From positions 4,789 to 68,788 of the forward strand of contig JAVEYS010000003.1 in assembly GCA_034003345.1 (NCBI GenBank): DNA of 64,000 bases, given 5' to 3'. The position numbers and the translations under genes are program-made. The number at the start of each line of letters is the position of its first letter. The stretch's first letter is position 1. Of this stretch, positions 1 to 10,571 are shown in pieces. This DNA is from Bacteroidales bacterium. GTDB lineage: Bacteria; Bacteroidota; Bacteroidia; Bacteroidales; VadinHA17. Below the pieces are notes generated by a model. That model was given only the letters and a program-made list of their open reading frames with translations. It searched no databases and was not told the DNA's origin.

Positions 1-190
1 TGGAGATCTCGACTACCGAATTGAAGTCGCCCGGGCTTGACACCGGGAAGCCTGCTTCGATCACGTCAACGCCAAGAGCTTCCAGTGCCCTTGCTACTTC
101 AATCTTCTCAACGGTATTAAGCTGGCATCCGGGAACCTGTTCGCCATCGCGCAGAGTAGTGTCAAAAATAATAACCCTGTTCTTATCCAT
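1..190 (-). CDS. leuA: 2-isopropylmalate synthase (or citramalate synthase), N-terminal fragment; the gene runs off the left edge of the window
   Basis: Not in the ORF track because it is edge-truncated. Reverse-strand translation from the ATG at 190-188 gives [73 protein letters not shown] is the LeuA/CimA DRE-TIM signature. It lies 13 nt downstream of the ilvC stop on the same strand. Confidence 0.8.
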   Translation of the reverse strand, partial: MDKNRVIIFDTTLRDGEQVPGCQLNTVEKIEVARALEALGVDVIEAGFPVSSPGDFNSVVEIS

Positions 191-203
191 CATTCAACTG
201 TTA

Positions 204-1253
204 CTATTTGTTTTCTGGTCTCAGTTTTCTTACTGCTGTCCCTGTTCTCCACAGTTCTGATTCTCCCAGCTCCCTGAGTTCTGCATTAAGCTGTTCCCTG
301 TAGTCAGGTGCTCCTGTTGATGAAAGTACTCTGACGCACTCCTCGCCGGAGCTCACTTTTTCATACAGTTCTCTGAAAACGGGCATCGTAGCCTCCCTGA
401 ACTTTGGTTTCCAGTCGAGGGCGCCTCGCTGAGCGGTGGCGCTGCAGTTGGCGTACATCCAGTCCATCCCTTTCTCGTCTACAAGCCTTATCAGGCTCTG
501 GGTGAGCTCCTCGACGGTCTCATTGAAAGCTTCGGAGGGTGAGTGTCCGTTGTCACGGAGAACCTGGTACTGGGCTTCCATGATGCCTGCCAGGGCACCC
601 ATCAGCACTCCCCGCTCACCGGTGAGGTCACTGAATACCTCCCTCTCAAATGTCGTTGGGAAGAGATAGCCTGAACCAATAGCTATACCCAGTGCCAGTA
701 CACGCTCTTCAGCCCTGCCGGTGAAATCCCGGAAGACAGAAAAGCTTGAATTAATACCCGCGCCGGCAAGAAAGTTGCGTCTGACACTGGTGCCTGATCC
801 TTTTGGGGCACAGAGGATGACATCGACATCCTGAGGCGGAATCACACCGGTGTGTTCTTTGTAAGTTATTGAGAACCCGTGTGAAAAATAGAGTGCCTTG
901 CCAGCTGTGAGGCATGGCTTGAGGCGGGGCCAGAGTAGTCTCTGGGCCGCATCGGATACCAGGTACTGTATAATCGTTCCCCTGGTGGCAGCTTCCTCTA
1001 TGGGAAAGAGAGTGACGCCGGGCACAAAACCGTCAGCTACAGCCCTGTCCCAGTCATTCTTAAACTCAGGCGCCTGTCCTATAATTACATTGATACCGTT
1101 GTCTTTCATATTCAACGATTGTGCCGGTCCCTGAACACCATAGCCGATGACGGCAACAACCTCATCCTTTAAAACTTCACGTGCCTTTGAAAGCGGGAAT
1201 TCTTCTCTTGTTACTACTTTCTCAGTTACTCCTCCAAAATCGATCTGTGCCAT
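204..1253 (-). CDS. ilvC: ketol-acid reductoisomerase
   Basis: 349-aa ORF with the N-terminal Rossmann motif VAVIGYGVQGPAQSLNMKDNG. Class-I KARI length and ilv operon context. Confidence 0.95.
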   Translation of the reverse strand: MAQIDFGGVTEKVVTREEFPLSKAREVLKDEVVAVIGYGVQGPAQSLNMKDNGINVIIGQAPEFKNDWDRAVADGFVPGVTLFPIEEAATRGTIIQYLVSDAAQRLLWPRLKPCLTAGKALYFSHGFSITYKEHTGVIPPQDVDVILCAPKGSGTSVRRNFLAGAGINSSFSVFRDFTGRAEERVLALGIAIGSGYLFPTTFEREVFSDLTGERGVLMGALAGIMEAQYQVLRDNGHSPSEAFNETVEELTQSLIRLVDEKGMDWMYANCSATAQRGALDWKPKFREATMPVFRELYEKVSSGEECVRVLSSTGAPDYREQLNAELRELGESELWRTGTAVRKLRPENK

Positions 1254-1281
1254 AATTTACGCTTGTTAGATTATTAGTTAA

Positions 1282-1842
1282 TTAGTTATATATTTCTGAC
1301 GGTTCATGTCTGGATCTTACAACCTCATCCATCTCTTTCAGATAGGCATTAAGCTCCTTAACCTGACGTGTGACAGCTATTCTGCCTGACCTGGTAAACT
1401 GCAGTACCCCGCATGGCTCAAGGAAGGCCAGGAGGTCAGTAATCTCCTCCTTGCTGCCGCTCTTTTCAACAACGATATACTCCGGCGTCACTTCAAGTAT
1501 CCGCGCATGATGTTTTCTTACCATATCATCTATCATGCTGCCTGACATCAGCCCTTTTGTGGTGACTTTGTAAAGGGCTATTTCCTGGCTGATTATCTCC
1601 TGAGAGGTGTGGACGAATACCTTGATAACATCAACCAGCTTCTCAATCTGCCTTGCCACCTTCTCAACCATCTCCGGGGCGGCTCTGACAACCATGGTCA
1701 GCATCTGTATGCCGTTAACGGCAGATTCAGAGGCGGTTATACTTTCAATATTTATTTGTCTTCTGGTGAGAATAAGTGTTATACGGCTGAGTATTCCGAT
1801 ATGATTTTCAGTGAAGATTGATATTGTATATTCCTGTTTCAT
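1282..1842 (-). CDS. ilvN: acetolactate synthase small (regulatory) subunit
   Basis: 186 aa. N-terminal ACT-domain pattern ISIFTENHIGILSRITLILTRRQINIESI. It lies directly downstream of the large subunit gene. Confidence 0.9.
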   Translation of the reverse strand: MKQEYTISIFTENHIGILSRITLILTRRQINIESITASESAVNGIQMLTMVVRAAPEMVEKVARQIEKLVDVIKVFVHTSQEIISQEIALYKVTTKGLMSGSMIDDMVRKHHARILEVTPEYIVVEKSGSKEEITDLLAFLEPCGVLQFTRSGRIAVTRQVKELNAYLKEMDEVVRSRHEPSEIYN

Positions 1843-1945
1843 GCTCTAAAAATTAATTATAATTGGTTGGATGGTCCTGTACATCTATTGAGACTAAATT
1901 CATACTTATTCCTGATCAGAAAAAGGGGTGAGGGTTTCATTATGG

Positions 1946-3688
1946 TTACCTGTATGTGAGGGTTATTTCCGAGACTGACGCACCGGGCTCAATCATTGGA
2001 AGGATATTTGCCTCCCGGCTTATCTCTGCCTCCAGAATGTAAGGTCCCCGGGAATCAAGCATTTTCATTACGGCAGTCATCAGTTCCTCCCGGCGTGTGA
2101 CTCTTTGTGCAGGGATGCCATAGGCTCCTGCCAGTGCAACGAAATCAGGGTTTGCCATTTCTGTTGATGCGTATCTTCCATTAAAGAACATCTCCTGCCA
2201 CTGACGCACCATTCCCAGGAATCCATTGTTAAGGACCAGTATTTTAACCGGCATCTGGTATTGCATAATGGTACCCAGCTCCTGTAGGGTCATCTGAAAC
2301 CCGCCGTCACCGATGAAAGCCACAACCGGTTTTCCCGTATTACCGCATGCAGCACCCAGTGATGCGGGGAGGCCGAAGCCCATTGTTCCCATACCTCCTG
2401 ACGTCACCAGCGTGCTTTTCTCTCTGAATCTGTAATAGCGCGCCACCGCCATCTGTTGTTGACCCACGTCAGTGACAACAACAGCATTGCCTTCAGTAAG
2501 GTCAGAGACCAGCTTAACCACCTCTCCCATCCTTATGTCACCCTCTTCCGGTTCAGTCTCCGGTCTGATCACTTTTTCATATTCAATTCTGTCGAGGATA
2601 CGGAATTCTCTGATCCATTTCTCACGGTTTTTTCCCTGGACAAGTGGATAAAGGGCTGTCAGCACCTCACGTGCATCATTGTTTATTTCGAGATCAACCT
2701 GGACGTTCTTGTTTATTTCTGCTTTGTCTATTTCAATGTGTATCACCCTGGCTTCAGGTGCGTATTTCTTAAGGTTGCCTGTAACCCGGTCGTCAAAACG
2801 CATGCCTATGGCAATGATTAGATCGGATTTGTTTGTGAGCAGATTTGGGGCATAGTTGCCATGCATCCCCAGCAATCCTGTAAACAGCCTGTGGTCTTGC
2901 GGAAAAGCGGGCAGGCCAAGAAGGGTCACGGCAACCGGTATGTTTCCCTTAGAGGCAAGGGCTCTCAGCTCTTCAGTGGCCCCGGATATGGTCACTCCAT
3001 GGCCTGCAAGAATGAGAGGTCTGTCTGCATGGTTGATCATCACGGCGGCAGATTCGACATCCCGTGCGTGCAGGGTTTTAACCGGGTTGTAGCTTCTTAT
3101 ATAGGTGCACTTGCTGTAGCTGTATGTTATCTTTTCAAACTGGGCATCCTTGGCTATATCAACAAGCACAGGGCCCGGTCGGCCTGACCGTGCAATATAA
3201 AAAGCGCGAGCTATCGTTGAGGGAATATCTACTGCCCTCTTAACCTGGGCATTCCATTTGGTCACCGGCATCGAAATGCCCAGGATATCGGTCTCCTGAA
3301 AAGCATCAGTTCCTATAAGTCCGGATGTTACCTGAGCAGTGATGAACACTACCGGAACGGAGTCAAGAAAGGCATTGGCTATTCCTGTCACAAGGTTTGT
3401 TGCTCCCGGTCCGGATGTTGCGAAGCAGACACCCGGCTTCCCCGTTACCATAGCGTAAGCCTGCGCCGCATGAGCGGCTCCCTGTTCGTGGCGGGTGAGG
3501 ATGTGACGGAGGCTCTGGCTGTAGTCAAGCAGCTTATCATATACTGGCATGATTGCTCCGCCGGGGTAACCGAAGATTGTATCTACGCCCTCTTCTATCA
3601 GGCATCTCAGGAGTGCATCTGCTCCGGTGACCACTGGTTCAAGATGAACCATTTTGTGCTCATCTATGGTTTTGGGCTCCTCTCTCAT
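1946..3688 (-). CDS. ilvB: acetolactate synthase large (catalytic) subunit
   Basis: 580-aa ThDP enzyme with motifs [25 protein letters not shown] and the ThDP-binding [14 protein letters not shown]...NNGFLGMV. The start overlaps the ilvD stop by 4 nt (ATGA). Confidence 0.95.
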   Translation of the reverse strand: MREEPKTIDEHKMVHLEPVVTGADALLRCLIEEGVDTIFGYPGGAIMPVYDKLLDYSQSLRHILTRHEQGAAHAAQAYAMVTGKPGVCFATSGPGATNLVTGIANAFLDSVPVVFITAQVTSGLIGTDAFQETDILGISMPVTKWNAQVKRAVDIPSTIARAFYIARSGRPGPVLVDIAKDAQFEKITYSYSKCTYIRSYNPVKTLHARDVESAAVMINHADRPLILAGHGVTISGATEELRALASKGNIPVAVTLLGLPAFPQDHRLFTGLLGMHGNYAPNLLTNKSDLIIAIGMRFDDRVTGNLKKYAPEARVIHIEIDKAEINKNVQVDLEINNDAREVLTALYPLVQGKNREKWIREFRILDRIEYEKVIRPETEPEEGDIRMGEVVKLVSDLTEGNAVVVTDVGQQQMAVARYYRFREKSTLVTSGGMGTMGFGLPASLGAACGNTGKPVVAFIGDGGFQMTLQELGTIMQYQMPVKILVLNNGFLGMVRQWQEMFFNGRYASTEMANPDFVALAGAYGIPAQRVTRREELMTAVMKMLDSRGPYILEAEISREANILPMIEPGASVSEITLTYR

Positions 3689-5529
3689 AACTCATTGATT
3701 GTATTTACTATACGCACAGCCCCCAGATCGGCTGAGCTCACGTGTGCGGCATAAACCTGCAGTGATGGTGGGATTAGGCGCTCCCTGGTTCGTGGCTTGA
3801 AAGCGCCGGCTCCCTTCACGCTCTCCATGCGACGCCTCTTGAGAAGTACTTCATCATTTACCGCCAGGTTAATTTTTCTTCCCTGAATGTCAGTTACAAT
3901 GATATCTCCGTCAACCACCAGTGCTATCGCTCCTCCGGCTGCGGCTTCAGGCGATATATGTCCTATCGAAAGACCTGCCGTGCCCCCGGAAAATCGTCCG
4001 TCGGTTATAAGGGCACATTTTCTGTCAAGCCCTTTGGATTTGAGGTATGAGGTAGGGTATAGCATCTCCTGCATACCTGGTCCGCCCCGCGGACCCTCAT
4101 AACGTATCACAACCACATCTCCTTCTCTTACCTTCCCGTTCAATATCCCGGAGACGGCCTCTTCCTGGGAGTCAAAGGTCACTGCCCGGCCGCTGAAGCG
4201 GGTCATTGAGGGGTCAATGCCGGCTGTTTTCACTATGCATCCCTGTGGGGCCAGATTGCCGTAAAGCACCGCCAGTCCACCGTCAGTATTGTATGGATGA
4301 GCAACATCACGTACGGCTCCGCCACTCCTGTCTTTATCATGAGAAGGATACAGGGCAGTAACAGTAAATGGCAGTGTACTCCTTACCCCTCCCGGGGCAC
4401 TGAGGAAGATCTGATTAGCAACGGGAAGGGCCGATGGGCTCATAATATCCCAGTCGGCTATCGCCTGTCCCAGATCAGGATAATCAACCCTTTTTACAGA
4501 GCAATCAAGCAGGCCGGCACGCATCAGCTCGCCGAGTATGGCAAAGACACCGCCGGCACGGTTTATATCTTCAATATGAAAAGATGAAGAGGGTGAGACC
4601 TTGCAGATGTTGGGCACTCTTCGCGAGAGCTCGTCAATATCCTTCATTGAGAAATTAACGCCGGCCTCATGAGCTATAGCCAGGAGATGGAGCACGGTAT
4701 TGGTCGAACCGCCCATGGCAATGTCAAGTGACATGGCATTCATGAAGGCAGCTCTGGTGGCTATTGACCTGGGCAGCACTGACTCATCGCCTTGATAATA
4801 GTATCTGGTTGCCAGCTCTGTTATCAGTCCGGCTGCACGCCTGAAGAGCTCCAGACGGTTGCAATGTGTGGCGAGCACTGTGCCGTTACCCGGCAGTGCC
4901 AGCCCAAGAGCCTCAGTCAGGCAGTTCATGGAGTTAGCCGTGAACATTCCCGAACATGATCCGCATGTAGGGCAGGCTGACTGTTCAATCTCGAGAATCT
5001 GGTCATCAGTGACACTGTCATCTGCTGACGCAACCATGGCGTCAATCAGGTCAACACTCTTTCCTGCTCTCCTTCCCGCCTCCATCGGGCCACCGGAAAC
5101 GAAGAGTGTCGGGATATTCAGACGCATGGCTGCTATCATCATCCCCGGAGTGATCTTGTCACAGTTACTGATACATATCATTGCGTCAGCACAGTGAGCA
5201 TTGCAGACATATTCAACACTGTCTGCAATCAGCTCGCGCGAAGGGAGGGAGTAGAGCATTCCCTGGTGACCCATGGCTATTCCGTCATCAATAGCTATGG
5301 TATTGAATTCAGCAGCGAACATGCCCCTGCTTTCAATCTCTCTTTTTATCTCCTGCCCGATTTCATGCAGGTGTACGTGACCCGGCACAAACTGTGAGAA
5401 TGAATTTACGATGGCGATCACAGGTTTGCCGAATTGCTCCTCATTCATTCCGTTTGCCCTCCAGAGGCTCCGTGCCCCCGCCATGGTTCTTCCGGACATC
5501 GTTCTCAAGCTTCTCAGTTCATTTTTCAT
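3685..5529 (-). CDS. ilvD: dihydroxy-acid dehydratase
   Basis: 614 aa. The N-terminus [18 protein letters not shown]...[11 protein letters not shown] and the CDKITPGM motif are typical of IlvD. It is the first gene of the operon. Confidence 0.95.
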   Translation of the reverse strand: MKNELRSLRTMSGRTMAGARSLWRANGMNEEQFGKPVIAIVNSFSQFVPGHVHLHEIGQEIKREIESRGMFAAEFNTIAIDDGIAMGHQGMLYSLPSRELIADSVEYVCNAHCADAMICISNCDKITPGMMIAAMRLNIPTLFVSGGPMEAGRRAGKSVDLIDAMVASADDSVTDDQILEIEQSACPTCGSCSGMFTANSMNCLTEALGLALPGNGTVLATHCNRLELFRRAAGLITELATRYYYQGDESVLPRSIATRAAFMNAMSLDIAMGGSTNTVLHLLAIAHEAGVNFSMKDIDELSRRVPNICKVSPSSSFHIEDINRAGGVFAILGELMRAGLLDCSVKRVDYPDLGQAIADWDIMSPSALPVANQIFLSAPGGVRSTLPFTVTALYPSHDKDRSGGAVRDVAHPYNTDGGLAVLYGNLAPQGCIVKTAGIDPSMTRFSGRAVTFDSQEEAVSGILNGKVREGDVVVIRYEGPRGGPGMQEMLYPTSYLKSKGLDRKCALITDGRFSGGTAGLSIGHISPEAAAGGAIALVVDGDIIVTDIQGRKINLAVNDEVLLKRRRMESVKGAGAFKPRTRERLIPPSLQVYAAHVSSADLGAVRIVNTINEL

Positions 5530-5540
5530 CTATGCCATAT

Positions 5541-5576
5541 TAAAAAAAAAGCTTCCCGGAATTTCCGGGAAGCTTT
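5541..5576 (-). terminator. intrinsic terminator in the ilvD 5' leader (attenuator terminator)
   Basis: The minus strand reads AAAGCTTCCCGGA-AAT-TCCGGGAAGCTTT followed by further Ts. This is a 13-bp perfect stem and the U-tract ends 12 nt before the ilvD ATG. Confidence 0.7.
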
Positions 5577-5613
5577 CGTATACTATTATTTTTAACTATA
5601 TATTACTCCCCGA

Positions 5614-5673
5614 TCATGCGCTCGTAGCGATAATAAGAATGAGGGCAATAATATTTAGCGATAAATGATTCAT
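5614..5673 (-). CDS. candidate ilv leader peptide (19 aa, Ile/Leu-rich)
   Basis: Unlisted sORF ATG AAT CAT TTA TCG CTA AAT ATT ATT GCC CTC ATT CTT ATT ATC GCT ACG AGC GCA TGA, translating to MNHLSLNIIALILIIATSA. 9 of 19 residues are Ile or Leu. It sits between a -7 box and the attenuator terminator. Confidence 0.6.
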   Translation of the reverse strand: MNHLSLNIIALILIIATSA

Positions 5674-5690
5674 TTCATAAATATGAAGTG

Positions 5691-5698
5691 CAAAAATA
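5691..5698 (-). promoter_or_regulatory. candidate -7 promoter box for the ilv leader and operon
   Basis: The minus strand reads TATTTTTG, an exact match to the Bacteroides-type -7 consensus TAnnTTTG. It lies 18 nt upstream of the leader ATG. Confidence 0.4.
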
Positions 5699-5851
5699 TA
5701 GATTATTTTAATTTATCAAGTAAAATGCAGGAATATGTGATAAATATTATACACGTCAAAGAGTTTGCAAGATCTGAAAGTTCTGACGGACAGCGCTATG
5801 AATTAGATATAAATTTTCAGGATAAGGCAGTTTATCACTGAGGTTTCAAAT

Positions 5852-5888
5852 AAAAACAGGAGAGACCCTCTGGTCAGCTCCTGTTTTC
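5852..5888 (-). terminator. intrinsic terminator downstream of kbl
   Basis: Hairpin AACAGGAG...CTCCTGTT (5855-5862 / 5878-5885) with an inner GACC/GGTC stem. It is followed by a T-run on the minus strand and lies about 35 nt after the kbl stop. Confidence 0.6.
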
Positions 5889-5920
5889 GATTATTATATT
5901 AAAGAATTTGGGTCTTGTCT

Positions 5921-7111
5921 CTATTTCAATACGCCCAGTTCCCTGCCCACCTTGGTGAAGGCTGTGATGGCCTTGTCAAGATGTACTGTTTCATGTGCAG
6001 CTGAGAGCTGAACTCTTATACGGGCCTGGCCCTTGGGTACCACCGGGTAGTAGAATCCGGTGACATAGATACCCTCGGTGAGTAACCTGGCTGCCATCTC
6101 CTGCGACAGCTTGGCATCATAGAGCATCACGGCACAGATGGCTGAGCGGGTGGGTTTTATATCAAAACCGGCCTTCATCATCTTGTCCATGAAGTAATTT
6201 GTGTTGAAATGCAGCTTATCCTGCAGCTCATTGGTCTCAGTCATCATCTCAATCATCTTAATGCCAGCAGCGGCAACAAGAGGAGGGATGGAGTTGGAGA
6301 AGAGGTAAGGTCTTGAGCGCTGGCGCAGCATCTCGATGACCTCCTTTTTGCCTGTTGTGAATCCGCCGATGGCACCGCCGAAGGCTTTGCCGAGTGTGCC
6401 GGTGATGATCTCTATCTTTCCCTTCAGGTTATGCAGTTCGGTCACGCCGCGGCCTGTTTTACCAACCACACCGGCGGAGTGCGACTCATCTACCATGATC
6501 ATTGCATTGTATTTGGTGGCAAGCTCAAAAATTTTGTCAAGAGGTGCCACGTTGCCGTCCATGGAGAAGACGCCGTCAGTGACAATAAGTCTGAAGCGCT
6601 GTGCCTGAGCTTCTTTAAGCTTCTCTTCCAGGTCGTGCATGTCGGCGTTGGCATAACGGTAGCGCTGTGCTTTACAGAGACGCACACCATCAATGATCGA
6701 TGCGTGGTTAAGTGCATCGGAGATGATAGCATCCTCTTCCGAAAGCAGAGGCTCAAATACTCCGCCATTGGCATCGAAGCAGGCGGCATAGAGAATGGTG
6801 TCTTCCGTACCAAAGAATCCTGCGATCTTTTTTTCAAGCTCCTTGTGCAGATCTCCGGTGCCGCATATGAAGCGTACCGATGACATGCCGTAGCCATGAG
6901 TATCAAGAGCTTGCTTTGCTGCCTCAACAAGCTTTTTGTTTGCTGAAAGTCCGAGATAGTTATTGGCACAGAAGTTAAGTACCTTCTGGCCTGTGTTGAG
7001 GGTTATTTCAGCATCTTGAGGGGAGACGATGATCCTTTCCCCTTTGTAAAGACCGGCCTCTTTTATGGAGGCGATTTCCTTTGTCAGAAATTCCTGAAAG
7101 TTAGTGTACAT
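5921..7111 (-). CDS. kbl: 2-amino-3-ketobutyrate CoA ligase (glycine C-acetyltransferase)
   Basis: 396 aa. Long stretches match the Kbl pattern: NFCANNYLGL, SVRFICGT, ISDALNHASIIDGVRLCKA.RYRYAN, TDGVFSMDG, ITGTLGKA.GG and RQRSRPYLFSNS. Confidence 0.95.
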   Translation of the reverse strand: MYTNFQEFLTKEIASIKEAGLYKGERIIVSPQDAEITLNTGQKVLNFCANNYLGLSANKKLVEAAKQALDTHGYGMSSVRFICGTGDLHKELEKKIAGFFGTEDTILYAACFDANGGVFEPLLSEEDAIISDALNHASIIDGVRLCKAQRYRYANADMHDLEEKLKEAQAQRFRLIVTDGVFSMDGNVAPLDKIFELATKYNAMIMVDESHSAGVVGKTGRGVTELHNLKGKIEIITGTLGKAFGGAIGGFTTGKKEVIEMLRQRSRPYLFSNSIPPLVAAAGIKMIEMMTETNELQDKLHFNTNYFMDKMMKAGFDIKPTRSAICAVMLYDAKLSQEMAARLLTEGIYVTGFYYPVVPKGQARIRVQLSAAHETVHLDKAITAFTKVGRELGVLK

Positions 7112-7158
7112 AGATATTAGTATTATGGATAAATAATCCGGTTATGCTCATAGTCGGG

Positions 7159-7166
7159 CAAATATA
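7159..7166 (-). promoter_or_regulatory. candidate -7 promoter box for kbl
   Basis: The minus strand reads TATATTTG, an exact TAnnTTTG match, 48 nt upstream of the kbl ATG in the divergent kbl/tdh intergenic region. Confidence 0.35.
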
Positions 7167-7317
7167 TCAACTTGTCATGAATATGGTATATATTTATTGT
7201 ATGTCATTTTAATGATTTTTATCAGAATTAATTACTTGAATTTTCGTGAATCTTGTTCACTGTACCAGATAATACAATAGATAATTACCAACGATACCCA
7301 TTATAGAAGAATCAAAG

Positions 7318-8280
7318 ATGAAAAATATCCTTATAACCGGTTCAGTAGGTCAGATTGGCTCAGAACTCACTCTCAGACTCAGAAAAAGATTTGGAAACAG
7401 TAACGTCATTGCAGGGATCAACAGAACAATTCCCACCGGTGAACTGGCTGATTCCGGCCCTTTTCAGAAGGTGGATACTACAAACATGGAGGAGCTGGCC
7501 GGCGTTGTTAAGAAGTATAAGATAGACACCATCTATCACCTTGCCGCAGTCCTTTCGGCCGTTGGTGAGAAGAATCCCGCTCTGGCATGGAATATAGGCG
7601 TCAACGGGCTATACAATGTGCTGGAGGTTGCTCGTGAATTAAAATGTGCGGTATTCTTTCCAAGCTCCATTGGTGCTTTTGGCCCCACCACCCCTCTTGA
7701 CAACACTCCCCAGGATACTATTCAGCGCCCCACATCTATGTACGGCGTCACGAAAGTGACTGGCGAGTTGTTATGCGACTACTACCACCTTCGTTTTGGT
7801 GTTGACACCCGCGGTGTGCGTTACCCCGGTATCATTTCAAACGTCACTCTGCCGGGCGGAGGCACAACCGACTATGCAGTGGAGATATTCTATGAGGCCG
7901 TGAAGCATCAAAGGTTCACATGCCCCCTGGCTAAGGGAACCTTCCTCGACATGATGTATATGCCTGATGCAATAAATGCGGCAATAAACCTGATGGAGGC
8001 TGCTCCGTCAACACTGACACACAGGAATGCTTTCAATGTCAGTGCCATGAGCTTTGACCCGGAGATCATCGCTGCTGAGATCAGGAAGCATATCCCTGGT
8101 TTTGTGATGGATTATGATGTTGATCCTGTTAAGCAGAAGATAGCTGATTCCTGGCCCAACCGCATGGACGACACCGCAGCTCGCAAGGAATGGGGATGGC
8201 ATCCCGAATTTGACCTCGAGTCAATGACCGCTGACATGCTGAAGGTGATCACGGAGAAGCATAAAAATGGAGTGATCTGA
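7318..8280 (+). CDS. tdh: L-threonine 3-dehydrogenase, SDR / UDP-glucose-4-epimerase-like type
   Basis: 320 aa. N-terminal ILITGSVGQIGSEL Rossmann motif and the extended-SDR YGVTK catalytic motif. It is divergently paired with kbl, the classic two-step Thr-to-Gly pathway. Confidence 0.85.
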   Translation: MKNILITGSVGQIGSELTLRLRKRFGNSNVIAGINRTIPTGELADSGPFQKVDTTNMEELAGVVKKYKIDTIYHLAAVLSAVGEKNPALAWNIGVNGLYNVLEVARELKCAVFFPSSIGAFGPTTPLDNTPQDTIQRPTSMYGVTKVTGELLCDYYHLRFGVDTRGVRYPGIISNVTLPGGGTTDYAVEIFYEAVKHQRFTCPLAKGTFLDMMYMPDAINAAINLMEAAPSTLTHRNAFNVSAMSFDPEIIAAEIRKHIPGFVMDYDVDPVKQKIADSWPNRMDDTAARKEWGWHPEFDLESMTADMLKVITEKHKNGVI

Positions 8281-8304
8281 TCAGATCAGATCTACAATAT
8301 GACC

Positions 8305-8338
8305 GGGAGACTGTCCGTTGCGAGGGTCTCCTTTTTTA
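8305..8338 (+). terminator. intrinsic terminator after tdh
   Basis: GGAGAC (8306-8311) pairs with GTCTCC (8326-8331) and is followed by TTTTTT. Confidence 0.6.
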
Positions 8339-8379
8339 TTTTATATCTTTATCGCCGGTATTAAACTGAGCAATTCTAT

Positions 8380-9903
8380 ATGACAGAGAAAAGAATCAGG
8401 GTGCGTTTTGCTCCCAGTCCCACCGGTCCGCTTCATATTGGAGGTGTGCGCACCGCCCTTTATAACTATCTATTTGCCAAGCATTATGGCGGGACTTTCA
8501 TATTACGTATTGAGGACACTGATCAGGCCCGCTATGTTGAGGGTGCCGAAGAATATATAATGAATTCCCTGGAATGGGCAGGCATAAAGGTAGATGAAGG
8601 ACTCAGGGAGGGAGGACCTTTTGCCCCGTATCGGCAGAGTGACAGGACAGAGATCTACCATCACTATTCTGATGAGCTTATCAGCAGGGGAGATGCCTAT
8701 TATGCCTTTGACACACCTGAGGAGCTGGATAGACTGAGAAAAGAATCTGAGTCAAGGGGTGAGACCTTCAATTACGGTTGTATTACCCGCATGAGCATGT
8801 GCAATTCGCTTACCCTTACCGCAGAAGAGGTTAACGCCAGGCTGGCTGCCAACGAGCATTATGTTATCAGATACCGCATGCCGGAGAACGAAGAGATAGG
8901 CTTTAGTGACATGATCAGGGGAGACATGGTAGTCAATAGCTCCACTCTTGACGACAAGGTCTTGTATAAATCTGACGGTATGCCCACCTATCACCTGGCC
9001 AATATAGTTGACGATCACCTGATGGAGATCTCTCATGTCATCAGAGGGGAGGAGTGGCTGCCATCACTGCCACTGCATGTGATGCTCTACCGAAGCTTCG
9101 GATGGGAGGCACCACTCTTCGCTCACCTGCCGCTCCTTCTCAAGCCTACCGGCAAGGGAAAGCTCAGCAAGCGCGACGGTGACAAGATGGGATTCCCGGT
9201 ATTTCCCCTCTACTGGCCCTATGGCGAGACAGCCACGGGATACCGTGAGGAGGGCTATTTCCCCGAGGCATTCGTTAACATGCTTGCACTCCTGGGCTGG
9301 AACCCGGGGACAGAGCAGGAGATCTTCTCAATGGAGGAACTGATAGAGGCCTTTTCAATTGACAGGGTGGGCAAGTCTGGATCACGTTTCGACCCGGAGA
9401 AGGCGAAGTGGTTCAACACCAGGTATTTTCAAATGAAGAGCGATGATGAGCTGGTTGCTCTGTTCATGCCCGTGGTCAATGAAAAAGGTTTCAAACCTTC
9501 ACCTGTGACACTCGGGAGGATGATCTCGCTGGTAAAGGAGAGGGCGGCGTTCGTAAAGGACCTCTGGCATGAAACCGACTTCTTCTTTGTCGCCCCGGAG
9601 AGCTATGACCCGGAGGTTGTACGAAAGAGATGGAATGCCGACTCTCCCCTCCAGATGAAGGAACTGCTTGATGTGGTCGCCGGAGCAGAGTCATTTACAT
9701 CTGAGAACCTTGAAAAAGCTGTCAAAGAATGGATTGCCGGAAGCCCGTATAATACAGGGACTATCCTCAACCTCTTCAGGCTCCTGATGGTTGGGGCATC
9801 CAGGGGGCCTCACCTTTTTGATATCATTGAACTCACCGGAAGGGATGAGACCCTCCGCCGTCTTGAAAACGGTATCCGCAGGCTGTCGCCATCACTGTCA
9901 TGA
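8380..9903 (+). CDS. gltX: glutamate--tRNA ligase
   Basis: 507 aa. HIGH-type motif PSPTGPLHIGGVRTAL, the RIEDTD motif and the KMSKS-type KLSKR motif. Confidence 0.95.
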   Translation: MTEKRIRVRFAPSPTGPLHIGGVRTALYNYLFAKHYGGTFILRIEDTDQARYVEGAEEYIMNSLEWAGIKVDEGLREGGPFAPYRQSDRTEIYHHYSDELISRGDAYYAFDTPEELDRLRKESESRGETFNYGCITRMSMCNSLTLTAEEVNARLAANEHYVIRYRMPENEEIGFSDMIRGDMVVNSSTLDDKVLYKSDGMPTYHLANIVDDHLMEISHVIRGEEWLPSLPLHVMLYRSFGWEAPLFAHLPLLLKPTGKGKLSKRDGDKMGFPVFPLYWPYGETATGYREEGYFPEAFVNMLALLGWNPGTEQEIFSMEELIEAFSIDRVGKSGSRFDPEKAKWFNTRYFQMKSDDELVALFMPVVNEKGFKPSPVTLGRMISLVKERAAFVKDLWHETDFFFVAPESYDPEVVRKRWNADSPLQMKELLDVVAGAESFTSENLEKAVKEWIAGSPYNTGTILNLFRLLMVGASRGPHLFDIIELTGRDETLRRLENGIRRLSPSLS

Positions 9904-10571
9904 ATCCCGGCAGGGAAATAAGATACATTGATTTTCACTCTCACCACGCCGGCGGAGGGGGAGAAAACATTACCATCATGAATCTTACGGCGGGAGAGGA
10001 TGTACCGGATGACTTCCCGGCAAACACCCTCTTCTCAGCCGGCATTCATCCGTGGCAGCTGACAGGTCACAACCACGAGCAGCTGCAGACAGAGCTGATA
10101 CTTACTGCTGCCCATCCGCACATAGTAATGATTGGTGAGGCGGGATTTGACCGTCTCAAAGGAGTACAGGGAGATGTGCAGTACACGGTTTTTATGTTTC
10201 AGGCCTCTATTGCAGCAGAGATGAACAAACCGATGGTGATACACTGCGTCAGGGGATGGGAGGAGCTGCTGCATGCATACAGGGAGGCAAAGCCTGTCAG
10301 ACCCTGGGTGATACACGGATTCAGGGGGAGCAGCAAACTGGCCGCCTCCCTGAGCGATGATGGATTCTGGTTCTCGCTGGGAGTAGAGGGGATCACCACT
10401 GACATACTTAATGCAGTGAGCCATAACAGGATCATGCTTGAGACAGATGACTCCGGACGTTCAATAGCTGATGTCTACAGTCTCTTTGCAAAGACCGCAG
10501 CATACACTGAAGAGGAGGCCGGAAACCTCATAAGGAAAAATTTCAATTCACTTTTCAATTACGGACTGTGA
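9900..10571 (+). CDS. TatD-family metal-dependent hydrolase
   Basis: 223 aa. IDFHSHH start, then MIGEAGFD and VIHCVRG motifs. There is a 4-nt overlap with both gltX and the next gene. Confidence 0.75.
   Translation: MNPGREIRYIDFHSHHAGGGGENITIMNLTAGEDVPDDFPANTLFSAGIHPWQLTGHNHEQLQTELILTAAHPHIVMIGEAGFDRLKGVQGDVQYTVFMFQASIAAEMNKPMVIHCVRGWEELLHAYREAKPVRPWVIHGFRGSSKLAASLSDDGFWFSLGVEGITTDILNAVSHNRIMLETDDSGRSIADVYSLFAKTAAYTEEEAGNLIRKNFNSLFNYGL

Noticed and set aside
5411-5668. An 85-aa plus-strand ORF spanning the ilvD start and the leader region.
   Set aside because: It overlaps the ilvD N-terminus in antisense and runs through the attenuator hairpin. The minus-strand interpretation explains the region fully.
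6431-6969. ORFs of 150 aa (+) and 156 aa (-, alternative frame) overlapping kbl.
   Set aside because: kbl homology is unambiguous along the whole region. The alternative frames have an implausible composition.
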